DNA of 64,000 bases from Fibrobacteria bacterium (GTDB lineage Bacteria; Fibrobacterota; Fibrobacteria; UBA11236): assembly GCA_043745805.1 (NCBI GenBank), contig JAYTSD010000008.1:258569-322568 (forward strand), in the 5' to 3' direction. The translations under genes and the position numbers were made by a program. Below, one piece after another: positions 16,708-25,972 of the stretch; the stretch's first letter is position 1, and every line of letters starts with the position of its first letter. The notes under the pieces were generated by a model. It was not told the origin of the DNA and ran no database searches. It worked only from the letters and a program-made list of their open reading frames with translations.

Positions 16708-19284
16708 TTAAACCTTCAAGACGGTGTCAGAGCTTGTAGTAAAACTCACCTTATAAATTCCCGTGCTACGTAACAAATCGGGTTCCGTTTGAAATAGCGC
16801 AGCATACACCGCATAAGGGCTTATGGAAGACCCACTGGGATGCGTAATAGCTTTCATAAAAAGCTCTTCGCCTTCCATCCACATTGCTGAAACTTCCCCA
16901 GCTAATTCAATATCCTTATCCCGATGATGAATAACCGCAGGCATCTCGCCACGAACATACCGTTGATAAGCATCTTGCAAAGAAATGTCTTTATTTATTC
17001 CTGAGCTATAAACCACAGTGTCCACATAAGGCATACGATTATTCGGCAAAGCTTCGCATTCCATAACCGACATGCCTTCCGGTAACATATCCGTTAACTT
17101 AAGGCAAAACTCTGAAGCAGTAAATGCCGGTGCTTCACGAAATACGGCAATCAACATTTCTCTTTGACTGGCCATCCCTAAGGGCAAGGCACCGGTGTTT
17201 TTTAAAATAGGGCGACGGCTAAAACCACTGCTATGCTTAAGCTTCAAGCCTAAACGTCGAAAACCTTTTTCGAAAAGCTCCAAGGTCGCTTGATGCGCAA
17301 TGAACTTGGATAAACCCGTTTTGGCATAAATAATTTTAAAAGGGAATTGTCCTGCCTGACGATCCTGTCTTTCTTTGGCCAAAGCACGAATGCTTTCAAT
17401 ATCTCTATTCGGGGCGGCATGTTTTTCAGGCATCGGCGAAAGTTGCGTATCCGCTCCATTACCGGGTATACCGCACTTTTGACAATCGCCCCATTTGCAA
17501 TCAGGAATTGGTGCGGCATCCTCTAGGAACATTTTTTTGTATTCCAGTTTCAAAAAACCTTTGTTTGCACCCGCGTGAATAAAATCCCATGGAAAAATTT
17601 CCGTTAATTCTCGCTCCTGAAATACTTCTTCAATAGGATAATTATTTTCCGCCCAAATTTTACGCCAACCTTCAAGTGTAAAATGTTCCGAAAAGGATTC
17701 AAAAATTTGTCCGCTTTTATAAGCCTTATAAATCAAATCTGAAAGAGAACGATCACCACGCGAATAAAAACTTTCAACTAAAGAAATTCCATAATCTGCC
17801 CACGTAATACGAATGTTACGGTTCCAACGAAAATACTCACGCACATAGCGAATATGTTCCATCACCTTTGCTTCAGGCATAAAACCCACCCATTGCATTG
17901 GCGTAAATGGTTTTGGAACTAAAATACCAATATTGGCATGCACGGTATTCTTGCGACCATATTTTTGACCGATCTTATAAAGATTTTCAATTAAACCACA
18001 AAAGGCCTGCATATCATCCAGGTTTTCTGTGGGTAAACCCACCATAGTATAAAGTTTAATATTATGAAAACCATTTTTAAAAACACCTTCGGCGGCATCA
18101 TACATATCTTGATCACTAATAGTTTTATTAATGATTTTACGCAAACGTTCGGATCCAGTTTCGGGAGCAAAGGTAGCGCTCTTGCTACCTCCCATGGCCG
18201 CTACTTTTTGAGCAAGCCCTTGACCAAAACTATTGGCACGCAAGGATGGCAAGGATAAATCGACTTCTTCAAATTCATCGCGATTGATTAAAGCATCCAC
18301 TACTTTTTCTACCGGACCATAATCTGCCGTAGACAGGGACAATAGTCCTAATTCATTTTCACCTGTTGCGGCCAAGCCTTGTATAGCTAAATCAACTACA
18401 TCATCCGCTTTAAGTTCGCGATTAGGTCTATACCAATAACCTGCCTGACAAAAACGACAACCTTGCGTACAACCACGCATCACTTCCACAGAAAAACGAT
18501 TATGCACTAATTTCATATGGGGGATTAAATTTCGAATCGGATAATCGTCACGATTTAAAACTTCTACCCAAGCGCGCTGAATACCTTTCGCACGAATATA
18601 AGGCCCCTGCGATCCATCAAAAGAAGGAACCCATTGCCCCTTAGGACTTTGTCTCATTTCCAAAAATTGCGGCACATAAATACCTTTAAGCACTGTTAAT
18701 TTTTGTAGAATAGCTTCTTTGGAAAGTCCTTCCATACGACCTTCGCCGATAAGTCGCAAAATTTGCGGCGCCAAAATTTCGCCATCTCCAATTACAAAAA
18801 AATCGAAAAAATCAGCGACTGGTTCAGGATTCGCCATACAAGGGCCACCGCCAATAATAAAAGGATCAGCTTCGGATCGATCCTTACGAAAAGCTTTTAA
18901 ACCAGACAACTCTAATAAGAAAGGAATATTGGTGTAATTAAGTTCGGTTTGCAAAGAAAATCCCACCGCCGAAAAAGACGACACGGGACGGTAACTTTCC
19001 AAAGTATATAAAGGAATTCCTTTAGCCATCATTTGCTCAGCCATATCTGGCATGGGTGCAAAGGCACGCTCCGCGGCTAAATCCACTTCGCGATTTAAAA
19101 CATGATATAAAACTTTAGTGCCGTTATGCGACATTCCAAGTTCATACGCATCAGGAAAAACCAAAGCCATTGAAGCCAAGATTTTTTCAGGGGCTTTCAC
19201 CACTTGATTTGCTTCCCCGCCAATATAACGCCCGGGATTACGGACATAAGGGAGGATTTTTTCCAATGTTTCTGGGATATTCAT
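16708..19284 (-). CDS. Radical SAM family protein with an N-terminal B12-binding-like domain and a C-terminal DUF2344-like extension (TIGR03960/TIGR03936-type fusion)
   Basis: 'CTQGCRFCQAGYWYRP' is the CxxxCxxC radical SAM cluster motif. The 858-aa length, with about 250 aa downstream of the core, fits the fused-family architecture. Confidence 0.65.
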   Translation of the reverse strand: MNIPETLEKILPYVRNPGRYIGGEANQVVKAPEKILASMALVFPDAYELGMSHNGTKVLYHVLNREVDLAAERAFAPMPDMAEQMMAKGIPLYTLESYRPVSSFSAVGFSLQTELNYTNIPFLLELSGLKAFRKDRSEADPFIIGGGPCMANPEPVADFFDFFVIGDGEILAPQILRLIGEGRMEGLSKEAILQKLTVLKGIYVPQFLEMRQSPKGQWVPSFDGSQGPYIRAKGIQRAWVEVLNRDDYPIRNLIPHMKLVHNRFSVEVMRGCTQGCRFCQAGYWYRPNRELKADDVVDLAIQGLAATGENELGLLSLSTADYGPVEKVVDALINRDEFEEVDLSLPSLRANSFGQGLAQKVAAMGGSKSATFAPETGSERLRKIINKTISDQDMYDAAEGVFKNGFHNIKLYTMVGLPTENLDDMQAFCGLIENLYKIGQKYGRKNTVHANIGILVPKPFTPMQWVGFMPEAKVMEHIRYVREYFRWNRNIRITWADYGISLVESFYSRGDRSLSDLIYKAYKSGQIFESFSEHFTLEGWRKIWAENNYPIEEVFQERELTEIFPWDFIHAGANKGFLKLEYKKMFLEDAAPIPDCKWGDCQKCGIPGNGADTQLSPMPEKHAAPNRDIESIRALAKERQDRQAGQFPFKIIYAKTGLSKFIAHQATLELFEKGFRRLGLKLKHSSGFSRRPILKNTGALPLGMASQREMLIAVFREAPAFTASEFCLKLTDMLPEGMSVMECEALPNNRMPYVDTVVYSSGINKDISLQDAYQRYVRGEMPAVIHHRDKDIELAGEVSAMWMEGEELFMKAITHPSGSSISPYAVYAALFQTEPDLLRSTGIYKVSFTTSSDTVLKV

Positions 19285-19456
19285 AAGCCACTCTAGTGGT
19301 GAAAGGGGCCGCTAATATAGCTTTCTTCCGCTTGAAATGGAATGCGCCGCTAGTATAATAAGGTGTTCAATAGGATCATGGGGGTCCGTAATTAGTGGGC
19401 GGGACGCTTTTTTAAAATTTGTTACTTTATGTCCTTCATTTTAAAAGCTAAAGAAG

Positions 19457-19657
19457 TTGAAAACTCAAAATAAAACCCTTTTACTCGATGAGAACAAATG
19501 CATTTCTTGCGCAGGCTGTGTAGGAACTTGCCCTGATTTTGCTCTCGAAATGTTTGGCGTCAACCTGCAAGTTTTTAACGATAAGTGTACCTATTGCACC
19601 ATTTGTGTTCGTTTTTGTCCCGTCGGAGCGCTTTCCATTGAAAAGAAAAAAATATGA
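19457..19657 (+). CDS. 4Fe-4S dicluster ferredoxin
   Basis: Two CxxCxxCxxxCP motifs are present: 'CISCAGCVGTCP' and 'CTYCTICVRFCP'. Confidence 0.8.
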   Translation: MKTQNKTLLLDENKCISCAGCVGTCPDFALEMFGVNLQVFNDKCTYCTICVRFCPVGALSIEKKKI

Positions 19658-20834
19658 TGTAGTGGTGATAGGCGCCGGACCCGCTGGCAGCCTATGCGCG
19701 CGTAATTTAGCCCGCAAAGGTTACACTGTATTATTGGTAGAAAAAAGACCAGTAGTCGGTGTTCCTGTTCGCTGTGGCGAGGCAACCGGTCCACGCAAAA
19801 GACTTTCCGATTTTACTCCCCTTAATGAAGATTTTATTGAAACCGATATTCATGGTGTAGTTTTGCATGGACCTGGTGATATTAGCATCAAATATGATAA
19901 ACCGAATATTGGTTTAATGTTGGATAGAAGTTTATTTGATCAAGATTTAGCCAAACAAGCCGAAGCCGCTGGGGCTGAAGTATGCGTCGATGCACGCGTA
20001 GCGGATGTCAAAACAGTAGTGAATGAAACCCGTGAGTTACGTATTGTTTATTTGGGTCAAGAAGTAAGTATTGAAGCCTCTATGGTGATTGGCGCCGATG
20101 GCGCAGAGGCCTTAAGTGGCCGTTGGGTGGGCTTAAAATCACGTCAACTCCCTCCGCATGTATGTTCTGCCATTGAATTTCGCTTAGAGGGCGAAGATAT
20201 AAATCCCCATCATCTTACTTTTTGGCAAGGTCATGAAATTTTAAATCGCGGTTATATATGGGTTTTTCCCAAAGTAAAATCCAAGGTGATTAATTTGGGG
20301 GCAGGAATTATCACACCCAAGCTTGGCGAAAAAAATATGTACGATTTGACTATGGAATTCAAAGAAAAGTTTTTCCCTAATGCTAAACTTTTAGATGTGC
20401 ATGGCGGAGCCGTTCCTGTCAGTGGCACTTTAGAAGATTATGTAGACGATCGTTTTTTGCTTGCGGGTGATTCCGCACATCATACCAATCCCATGACAGG
20501 TGGCGGTATTATGGCTGCGCTTTGTGCGGCGGACTTCGCCTCTACTTGGGTGGATAAAGCTTTTAAAGCCGGCGATTTTTCTAAATCCTATTTAAAGCAA
20601 TATGAGCAAGCGGCATGGAATCGTTTTGGACGTAATCATGAACGTGAAAAGAAAATTCGCGATTTCATTTTAGGGCTGAATACCTCCAGCCAAATTCAAT
20701 TCTATAAAGTCTTTAAAGACATGGCCGCCACGGATTTTAAAGGTACCACCAAGTATGTTGGCTATGCGCGCCTAGTGGGTTTAGCGGCCCAAAACTGGGG
20801 ACTATTTCGTAAGTCTTTTTTTAGTGGGAAATAA
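19638..20834 (+). CDS. Geranylgeranyl reductase family / FixC-like FAD-dependent oxidoreductase. The start is probably TTG at 19638, overlapping the ferredoxin stop; the ATG at 19539 is unlikely.
   Basis: It has the Rossmann 'YDVVVIGAGPAGSLCARNLARKGYTVLLVEKR' and 'GDSAHHTNPMTGGGI' (the GD motif of flavin monooxygenase/GGR). The N-terminal 35 aa of the long ORF are low-complexity and out of frame with the ferredoxin. Confidence 0.65.
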   Translation: MKRKKYDVVVIGAGPAGSLCARNLARKGYTVLLVEKRPVVGVPVRCGEATGPRKRLSDFTPLNEDFIETDIHGVVLHGPGDISIKYDKPNIGLMLDRSLFDQDLAKQAEAAGAEVCVDARVADVKTVVNETRELRIVYLGQEVSIEASMVIGADGAEALSGRWVGLKSRQLPPHVCSAIEFRLEGEDINPHHLTFWQGHEILNRGYIWVFPKVKSKVINLGAGIITPKLGEKNMYDLTMEFKEKFFPNAKLLDVHGGAVPVSGTLEDYVDDRFLLAGDSAHHTNPMTGGGIMAALCAADFASTWVDKAFKAGDFSKSYLKQYEQAAWNRFGRNHEREKKIRDFILGLNTSSQIQFYKVFKDMAATDFKGTTKYVGYARLVGLAAQNWGLFRKSFFSGK

Positions 20835-21894
20835 TTTGCACATAATTTTCTCCTAATACTTTTCGTAAGGACGAGTAGGTGGTGGAGAATTCCGAGGTAA
20901 CTTGTAAATTTTCGCAAGCGCCACTTGCTTTATGACAAATCACTTCTGCCCCACAGCTTAAAGCTTCCATAATGACTCGACCAAAAGGTTCCGGTTCAAC
21001 AGTACAATGTAAAAGTAAATTAGTTTGCTCTAATAAACCTTGTACAGTTGTAGCTTGTAGGTTACCCTCATCCATAGGCGAAATAAGGGAAATAGGTGAA
21101 GGAATTTCACCCCAATATTTTACTTGCTGCTCTAATCCTAATTGCGTGCGCAAGGCCAATAACTCGGATTTGTATTCCGTATATTTTTTTCCCGGATAAA
21201 TCACATCACCTATCATCCAAAATTCAGCTTGTACTCCAGCATCCAATAAAGCACGCGCGGCATGAAGAAACATTTTTTGGCCTTTATAAGGCGCATAATA
21301 AGCTAAATGGGTAACAATAAGGTTACCATGTTTTTTTTGTTGCGGTTGCGGGTCACGCTGCCATTGAATAAGGGGATAAATCACTTCCGCATGGGTATAA
21401 TCTTTGGCCACTAATCGGCTATTGACTTGCACTTTAGCCCCAAACAAAGCAATTACCCGACTCAGTACACGTCGCAATCCTAAGGGCCGAATAAAATCTC
21501 GAATATCAAAAATCAATTTCTCTCTCAATATGGGCAATAAGCTAAGCAAGGTAATATGACTTTTTATGCCCGAGGAGATTAAGCTTGCATGTGCAGGTAT
21601 TTTTTTATAAAGTCGAAAAGCATAAAGCAAAAAACCGAATAATATCAAAGGGTAAAGCGGCCATTGCCAAAACCATTGTCGTTGCGTAAAAAAATTTAAA
21701 CCGCAAGGCCAACGCAATATTAAGTAAGCACATTTTTGTTTTTGTAATTCTGAGGCAAGCCCACCGGTGGCAGGTAAAATAAAAAGCAGATTTTCTTTGG
21801 GGAATCGAGAAAGGAGAGATAGCAATAAACTTTTTTCGGCCCCTCCCAATTGCTTACCCGAGCAATGAATAATAAGCATAAACGGCTTATCCAA
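20821..21894 (-). CDS. Glycosyltransferase family 4 (GT-B fold)
   Basis: N-terminal 'GGAEKSL' and C-terminal 'EPFGRVIMEALSCGAEVI' (the EX7E-like sugar-donor motif region) are present. Confidence 0.6.
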   Translation of the reverse strand: MDKPFMLIIHCSGKQLGGAEKSLLLSLLSRFPKENLLFILPATGGLASELQKQKCAYLILRWPCGLNFFTQRQWFWQWPLYPLILFGFLLYAFRLYKKIPAHASLISSGIKSHITLLSLLPILREKLIFDIRDFIRPLGLRRVLSRVIALFGAKVQVNSRLVAKDYTHAEVIYPLIQWQRDPQPQQKKHGNLIVTHLAYYAPYKGQKMFLHAARALLDAGVQAEFWMIGDVIYPGKKYTEYKSELLALRTQLGLEQQVKYWGEIPSPISLISPMDEGNLQATTVQGLLEQTNLLLHCTVEPEPFGRVIMEALSCGAEVICHKASGACENLQVTSEFSTTYSSLRKVLGENYVQIISH

Positions 21895-21902
21895 AAAATA
21901 AG

Positions 21903-23087
21903 CTATATGATTTGACGAGGGCCACGCAAATCAATACCATTTTTCCAGATATAGTTAATGCGCATTAACCATTCACGCTCCGCTTCAGAAAGATCTTCTA
22001 AATGAGCATCCTGATAAATAGTTTCCACTTTTTTCATAATATCTCGTCCTAATATGGTTTTGCTCAATAGCATATTTAGGACAATACAAAAATAATAAGT
22101 CTGCACTAAAACAGATCGGGGAGCCTCCTTATGCTTGAGTTGATTTTCAAAACTCATCATGGCTTCCTTATAATATTTTTCCCCACTCGGGTGATTTAAA
22201 GCACCAAGAAAAGTGGTGTAAACACCAGTCTGGCAATAAGCGCCTATTTTCCCCGCCAAAATAAGTCCATTACTACACTTTTCCGCGAGGATTAAAGAAC
22301 TTATAACAGTGTCCCGATCACGATAGGGCAGATCAAATCGTGGATCTATGTCTAAGGATTCACTCAGTAATTTTTTTCGAAAGGAAATGGAACGAGCCAA
22401 TATTTTTTTTGATTCTTCACTATAGGGATAGGCTGATTCTTTTTTAGGCGCAAAATCCATTGGATCAGCTGAAGCAAAAAAACAATAGGGACAAACCGAA
22501 ACCCAAGTTTTCATTAAATCAAATTCATCATATTCATTTTGTGGATGAAAAATGGGAAAGGGTCCTTTACTCCAATCCTCAATCAGACCATTTGCTATGG
22601 GTATGAAAACATTGACTGGATCGTAACCGCAAATAAAGCATATTTTTTTTACCAATTTTATGGGATATTTTTTCCCAGTTGCGCGATTCTCTAATATAGT
22701 ACCTTGCGAGTCACTGGTAGTTTTGGATATGGAGCGTCTTAAAGTTTCAATTAATAAGGTATAGTCAATCGGCTTGGCTAGTATGGCATCTATATCATAT
22801 TCAGCTAAATCTTTTTCCACTGCGGCAATGGGACGTGCGGTAACTACTATCACGCGTGTCCATTTATCTTCACTACGTAAAAAGCGTGCTACCTCAAAAC
22901 CACTGACTTTTGGCATCACCAAATCGAGGACTATTGCCGCAAATTTTCGGCCTTTTTTAAGGAATTGAATAGCTTCTTGCCCATCATAGGCTATTTCTAT
23001 TTCAAAATGAGGAGATAATTGCTTTTCCAATATCTTGGTGAGCACCAAGGAATCTTCCACAATTAGAATTTTAGACTTATCCGGCAA
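21903..23087 (-). CDS. Response regulator: REC domain plus a C-terminal Cys-rich/helical domain of unknown function (possibly DUF2225-like)
   Basis: REC: 'ILIVEDSLVLTKIL...VLDLVMPKVSGFEV...IVVTARP'. C-terminal 'CFICGYDP...CPYCFF' is a zinc-ribbon-like pair followed by a helical region. Confidence 0.5.
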   Translation of the reverse strand: MPDKSKILIVEDSLVLTKILEKQLSPHFEIEIAYDGQEAIQFLKKGRKFAAIVLDLVMPKVSGFEVARFLRSEDKWTRVIVVTARPIAAVEKDLAEYDIDAILAKPIDYTLLIETLRRSISKTTSDSQGTILENRATGKKYPIKLVKKICFICGYDPVNVFIPIANGLIEDWSKGPFPIFHPQNEYDEFDLMKTWVSVCPYCFFASADPMDFAPKKESAYPYSEESKKILARSISFRKKLLSESLDIDPRFDLPYRDRDTVISSLILAEKCSNGLILAGKIGAYCQTGVYTTFLGALNHPSGEKYYKEAMMSFENQLKHKEAPRSVLVQTYYFCIVLNMLLSKTILGRDIMKKVETIYQDAHLEDLSEAEREWLMRINYIWKNGIDLRGPRQII

Positions 23088-23318
23088 GGTAAATTTTTAT
23101 CCAAAAGCGAAATTGCTACTGAGATTATAAAGCATTACACAAAAAATCACAAGAAGTGTTAGAATTATTTGCAAATACTCTAAGTATGAGATTGCAAAAA
23201 GAAAATTAATTGGAAGTAAAATAATACACGGTTTTTTTTTAAACTCGGGTCTAAATTAAAATTAAGGAAAGCATTGGCTTTTATCTGAATAAATACTTAA
23301 AATTGATTCCACACTACT

Positions 23319-23594
23319 ATGCCTTTTTTAGTTGCGAATAATAAGAACTACCCGTTGCGAACGGGGATCAATTTAGTTGGTCGCGATCAAACTTGTGAAA
23401 TATTTATTCCTGATCCACATATATCTCGCAAACATCTTTCCATCGATGTTGTGGGTGATGGCACGATTACCATAATTGATTTAGGTTCAACTAATGGTTT
23501 GATGATTGATGGCGAAAAAGTACCCAGCGCCATTTTAAATGAAGGCGCAAGTTTTACGGTAGGACAAACCACTTTTCAGGTCATGGACGATTAA
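23319..23594 (+). CDS. FHA-domain protein (stand-alone, 91 aa)
   Basis: 'NLVGRDQTCEIFIPDPHISRKHLSI...GSTNGLMIDGEKV' carries the FHA core G-R...S-R-x-H...N-G signature. Confidence 0.75.
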   Translation: MPFLVANNKNYPLRTGINLVGRDQTCEIFIPDPHISRKHLSIDVVGDGTITIIDLGSTNGLMIDGEKVPSAILNEGASFTVGQTTFQVMDD

Positions 23595-23659
23595 ACGACT
23601 CGGATTATTAACGCTTTATAAAACAACCATAATAAATGGTCTTTATTTATCCCCTAAAT

Positions 23660-24847
23660 CTAAAACTTAACTCTCTGAGCAAAATAAACACATTTCTTGT
23701 CCCCAATGCGAGCCAAGATAATAACCCCTTCTTCTGAACCCACCAATTTAAGCTGACCCCTTAAGGTTTCTGGTAAAATTTCAACACCACGCTTTTTAAT
23801 TTCCAAACGCCCTATATTATTTTTTCGTAAATACTTTTGAATTTCTTTAATATTAAAAGGTAACTCGCAAATGACCTGATAACTTTTAAGTAAAGGATGA
23901 TTGATTTTGGAGTTTCCCGATAAATAAGCAATATGCTCATCTAATAGCCAAAGACCAAGTTGCGCGGCCAATAAGCCAAACAGATGGGACCGAATGAGTG
24001 CTTTTACTGGCTCATATAAATAGGCTCCGACCTTATCTACTGAAGACACAAAATCTTTTAATTCTTGACGACTTGCTGCAAAGCTCGCTGACCCAGGCAA
24101 TTCGGTGGCTCGCAACATTTTTGTTTGACCTAAACTTCCCGTCCAAATGACTAGCTCTAAACATTCATCGCGTAAACCTAAATACTCCCATTCATACGCT
24201 TCTAAAAATATTGGAGGATTCATACCCGGCCCTAATTTAATGGCCACATTTTCATAGCGGGAAATAATACTTTTAATAATATCCCAACTAGGAGAAAGAT
24301 TTTCCGTGTTCCAATTATCGCTGCTTCCATTAGTTCTTCTTGCCGGATCAATAAATACATAATCAGCTCGCAATGGCGGCGCAGCAGCATCCGCACGAAT
24401 CGCCAAAAAATTTTGGCGTGTTAAACCCACATTATGTTTAAATGTTTTTAATGCCGCGAGATTCCAATCCACTCCTATCAAAGTATGTTGCGGTGGCACA
24501 TTCATCGCATCCCCGCCTACCCCACAACATAAATCCATAACGGTTGCGGGTGCTTTAGGTAATCGTTGCATTTTATATTTGGCAAGCTCTACCTGTGTCA
24601 TTTGCTCAAAGCCTAAACGCGTAAGCAGCATTTTGGCAGCCAAAGAATTTTTTCTTGCCGCAACTTTTCTTAAAGCTCTTTGCTCCAATAAAGCTACACG
24701 CTGAGGGGCGCTAAAAGTTTTTAACCAAGTGGATTGAGACAAAGCTAAATCATCACGAATATCGTTACCTATTGCCTCCAAAACCTTCAACGAGGCGGGT
24801 TCTAGCAAAAAAGTTATTTTTTCTACCTCGGTCAAATCATCTCCCAT
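23660..24847 (-). CDS. Class I SAM-dependent methyltransferase with Tgs1/Trm11-like motifs (putative RNA guanine-N2 methyltransferase) and an N-terminal THUMP-like region
   Basis: 'VMDLCCGVGGDAMN' (motif I) and 'YVFIDPARR' (motif IV, replacing DPPY/SPPWGG) are present. Confidence 0.5.
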   Translation of the reverse strand: MGDDLTEVEKITFLLEPASLKVLEAIGNDIRDDLALSQSTWLKTFSAPQRVALLEQRALRKVAARKNSLAAKMLLTRLGFEQMTQVELAKYKMQRLPKAPATVMDLCCGVGGDAMNVPPQHTLIGVDWNLAALKTFKHNVGLTRQNFLAIRADAAAPPLRADYVFIDPARRTNGSSDNWNTENLSPSWDIIKSIISRYENVAIKLGPGMNPPIFLEAYEWEYLGLRDECLELVIWTGSLGQTKMLRATELPGSASFAASRQELKDFVSSVDKVGAYLYEPVKALIRSHLFGLLAAQLGLWLLDEHIAYLSGNSKINHPLLKSYQVICELPFNIKEIQKYLRKNNIGRLEIKKRGVEILPETLRGQLKLVGSEEGVIILARIGDKKCVYFAQRVKF

Positions 24848-25017
24848 ACTATAGAATAAGGTTTAAAGCCATTCGCCTAAAGTCTTTAATAACAACTAGT
24901 TACCTCAAAATTAGCCATTGGCCACATAAAAAAAGTAACGGAAAAATAGTTTTTTCAAATTTTATACATTAATAAAAAGGAAACCATGATTAGCACAACT
25001 CGGCCCCAGGCCTTATT

Positions 25018-25386
25018 ATGATTAAAGGAATAGGCGTTGACATATGTCGCGTCGACAGAATTAGCGCTTTAAATGCAGAAACCATTACGCGCTTGCTTAC
25101 GGAAAAAGAAAAAAAATACTGCGAAAAATATCTCGAATCCGCAGAAAGAATTGCTGGACGATTTGCTGCTAAAGAAGCTATTCTCAAGGCCTTAGGGACA
25201 GGTTGGAGTCAAGGTTTAAGCTGGCAACAAATTGAAATCCTCCCCGATTCTGCAGGGGCTCCTACACCCCATTTGTCGGGGCCTGCACAGGAAAGGCTAA
25301 AACAATGCGGTGCAAAAAATTGTTTCGTTTCTATTTCCCATGAAAAAGAATATGCCGTCGCCTTTGCCGTGATTGAAGGAGATTAA
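25018..25386 (+). CDS. acpS: Holo-[acyl-carrier-protein] synthase
   Basis: 'MIKGIGVDICRVDRI...FAAKEAILKALG' matches the AcpS family; length 122 aa. Confidence 0.85.
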   Translation: MIKGIGVDICRVDRISALNAETITRLLTEKEKKYCEKYLESAERIAGRFAAKEAILKALGTGWSQGLSWQQIEILPDSAGAPTPHLSGPAQERLKQCGAKNCFVSISHEKEYAVAFAVIEGD

Positions 25387-25459
25387 ATGTGTTTGCGAAA
25401 GTATTGTCAATTTTCAGTAAATTTGGAGTTTCCGCTTGACACACCGTGTCCCAAGCAAT

Positions 25460-25500
25460 AGACTTAAAGTGAGGACCTTGAGGAAATAATTATATTTCTT
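25460..25500 (+). promoter_or_regulatory. Putative sigma70-like promoter (TTGACA, 17-nt spacer, TAGACT) overlapping a GACAC-ACC-GTGTC hairpin, upstream of the zinc-ribbon ORF
   Basis: A perfect -35 hexamer and a 4/6 -10 hexamer at 17-nt spacing lie about 40 nt upstream of the ATG at 25528. A 5-bp inverted repeat sits in the spacer. Confidence 0.25.
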
Positions 25501-25527
25501 TCAATGGATAAAGGTTAGGAGAATGAT

Positions 25528-25920
25528 ATGAAACCCCTCTATGTGAAATGTCCACATTGCAAAGAAGTCAGCGAACTGTTTCTTGGGTCGGAAGCATATA
25601 TGATCGTTCTGAACTGCCCTTCCTGCAACTCGGCGCTCATGTATTACTATGGAAAAACTTTTGAGATCGACGAAAGCGAAATCGAAAAAATCCAAGGTAA
25701 CTTGCAGATGACTACGGTGCAGGGCATATTAAAAAATATTAATGCCAGAGAAAGCGGTAAATCGCAAACGTCCTTAATGGTAAAGCCTATGGAACAAAGA
25801 GCCACGCATAAAGCAGGTGCTCCCGTTCGAGAAAGCGCTCTCCTAGACGACGATATTACCAATTTGAAAATTGATTTGGCACTTAGTAAAGACATTAACG
25901 AGTTTATTTCGCACATGTAA
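25528..25920 (+). CDS. Hypothetical protein with an N-terminal CxxC...CxxC zinc ribbon
   Basis: 'CPHCKEVSE...CPSCNSA' is present. No other motif recognised. Confidence 0.4.
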   Translation: MKPLYVKCPHCKEVSELFLGSEAYMIVLNCPSCNSALMYYYGKTFEIDESEIEKIQGNLQMTTVQGILKNINARESGKSQTSLMVKPMEQRATHKAGAPVRESALLDDDITNLKIDLALSKDINEFISHM

Positions 25921-25972
25921 AAAATTTAGAGTGAAATTATTTCACCCCACTATTTCGAACTGTTGCCTCAGC

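Noticed and set aside
17250-17519. 89-aa ORF nested in the radical SAM gene (different frame, same strand), and a 64-aa ORF at 18064-18258 on the plus strand
   Set aside because: Both are contained within an 858-aa CDS with clear family motifs. There is no independent evidence for them.
19539-19637. ATG-initiated N-terminal extension of the geranylgeranyl-reductase-like gene, overlapping the ferredoxin gene
   Set aside because: The encoded 35 aa are low-complexity and precede the Rossmann fold. The TTG at 19638 gives the canonical N-terminus, and coupling to the ferredoxin stop is more plausible.
25925-25960. GTGAAA-TTA-TTTCAC hairpin between the zinc-ribbon ORF and the ABC ATPase gene (convergent)
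   Set aside because: It is a 6-bp, AT-rich stem without a clear U-tract, too weak to call a terminator with confidence.
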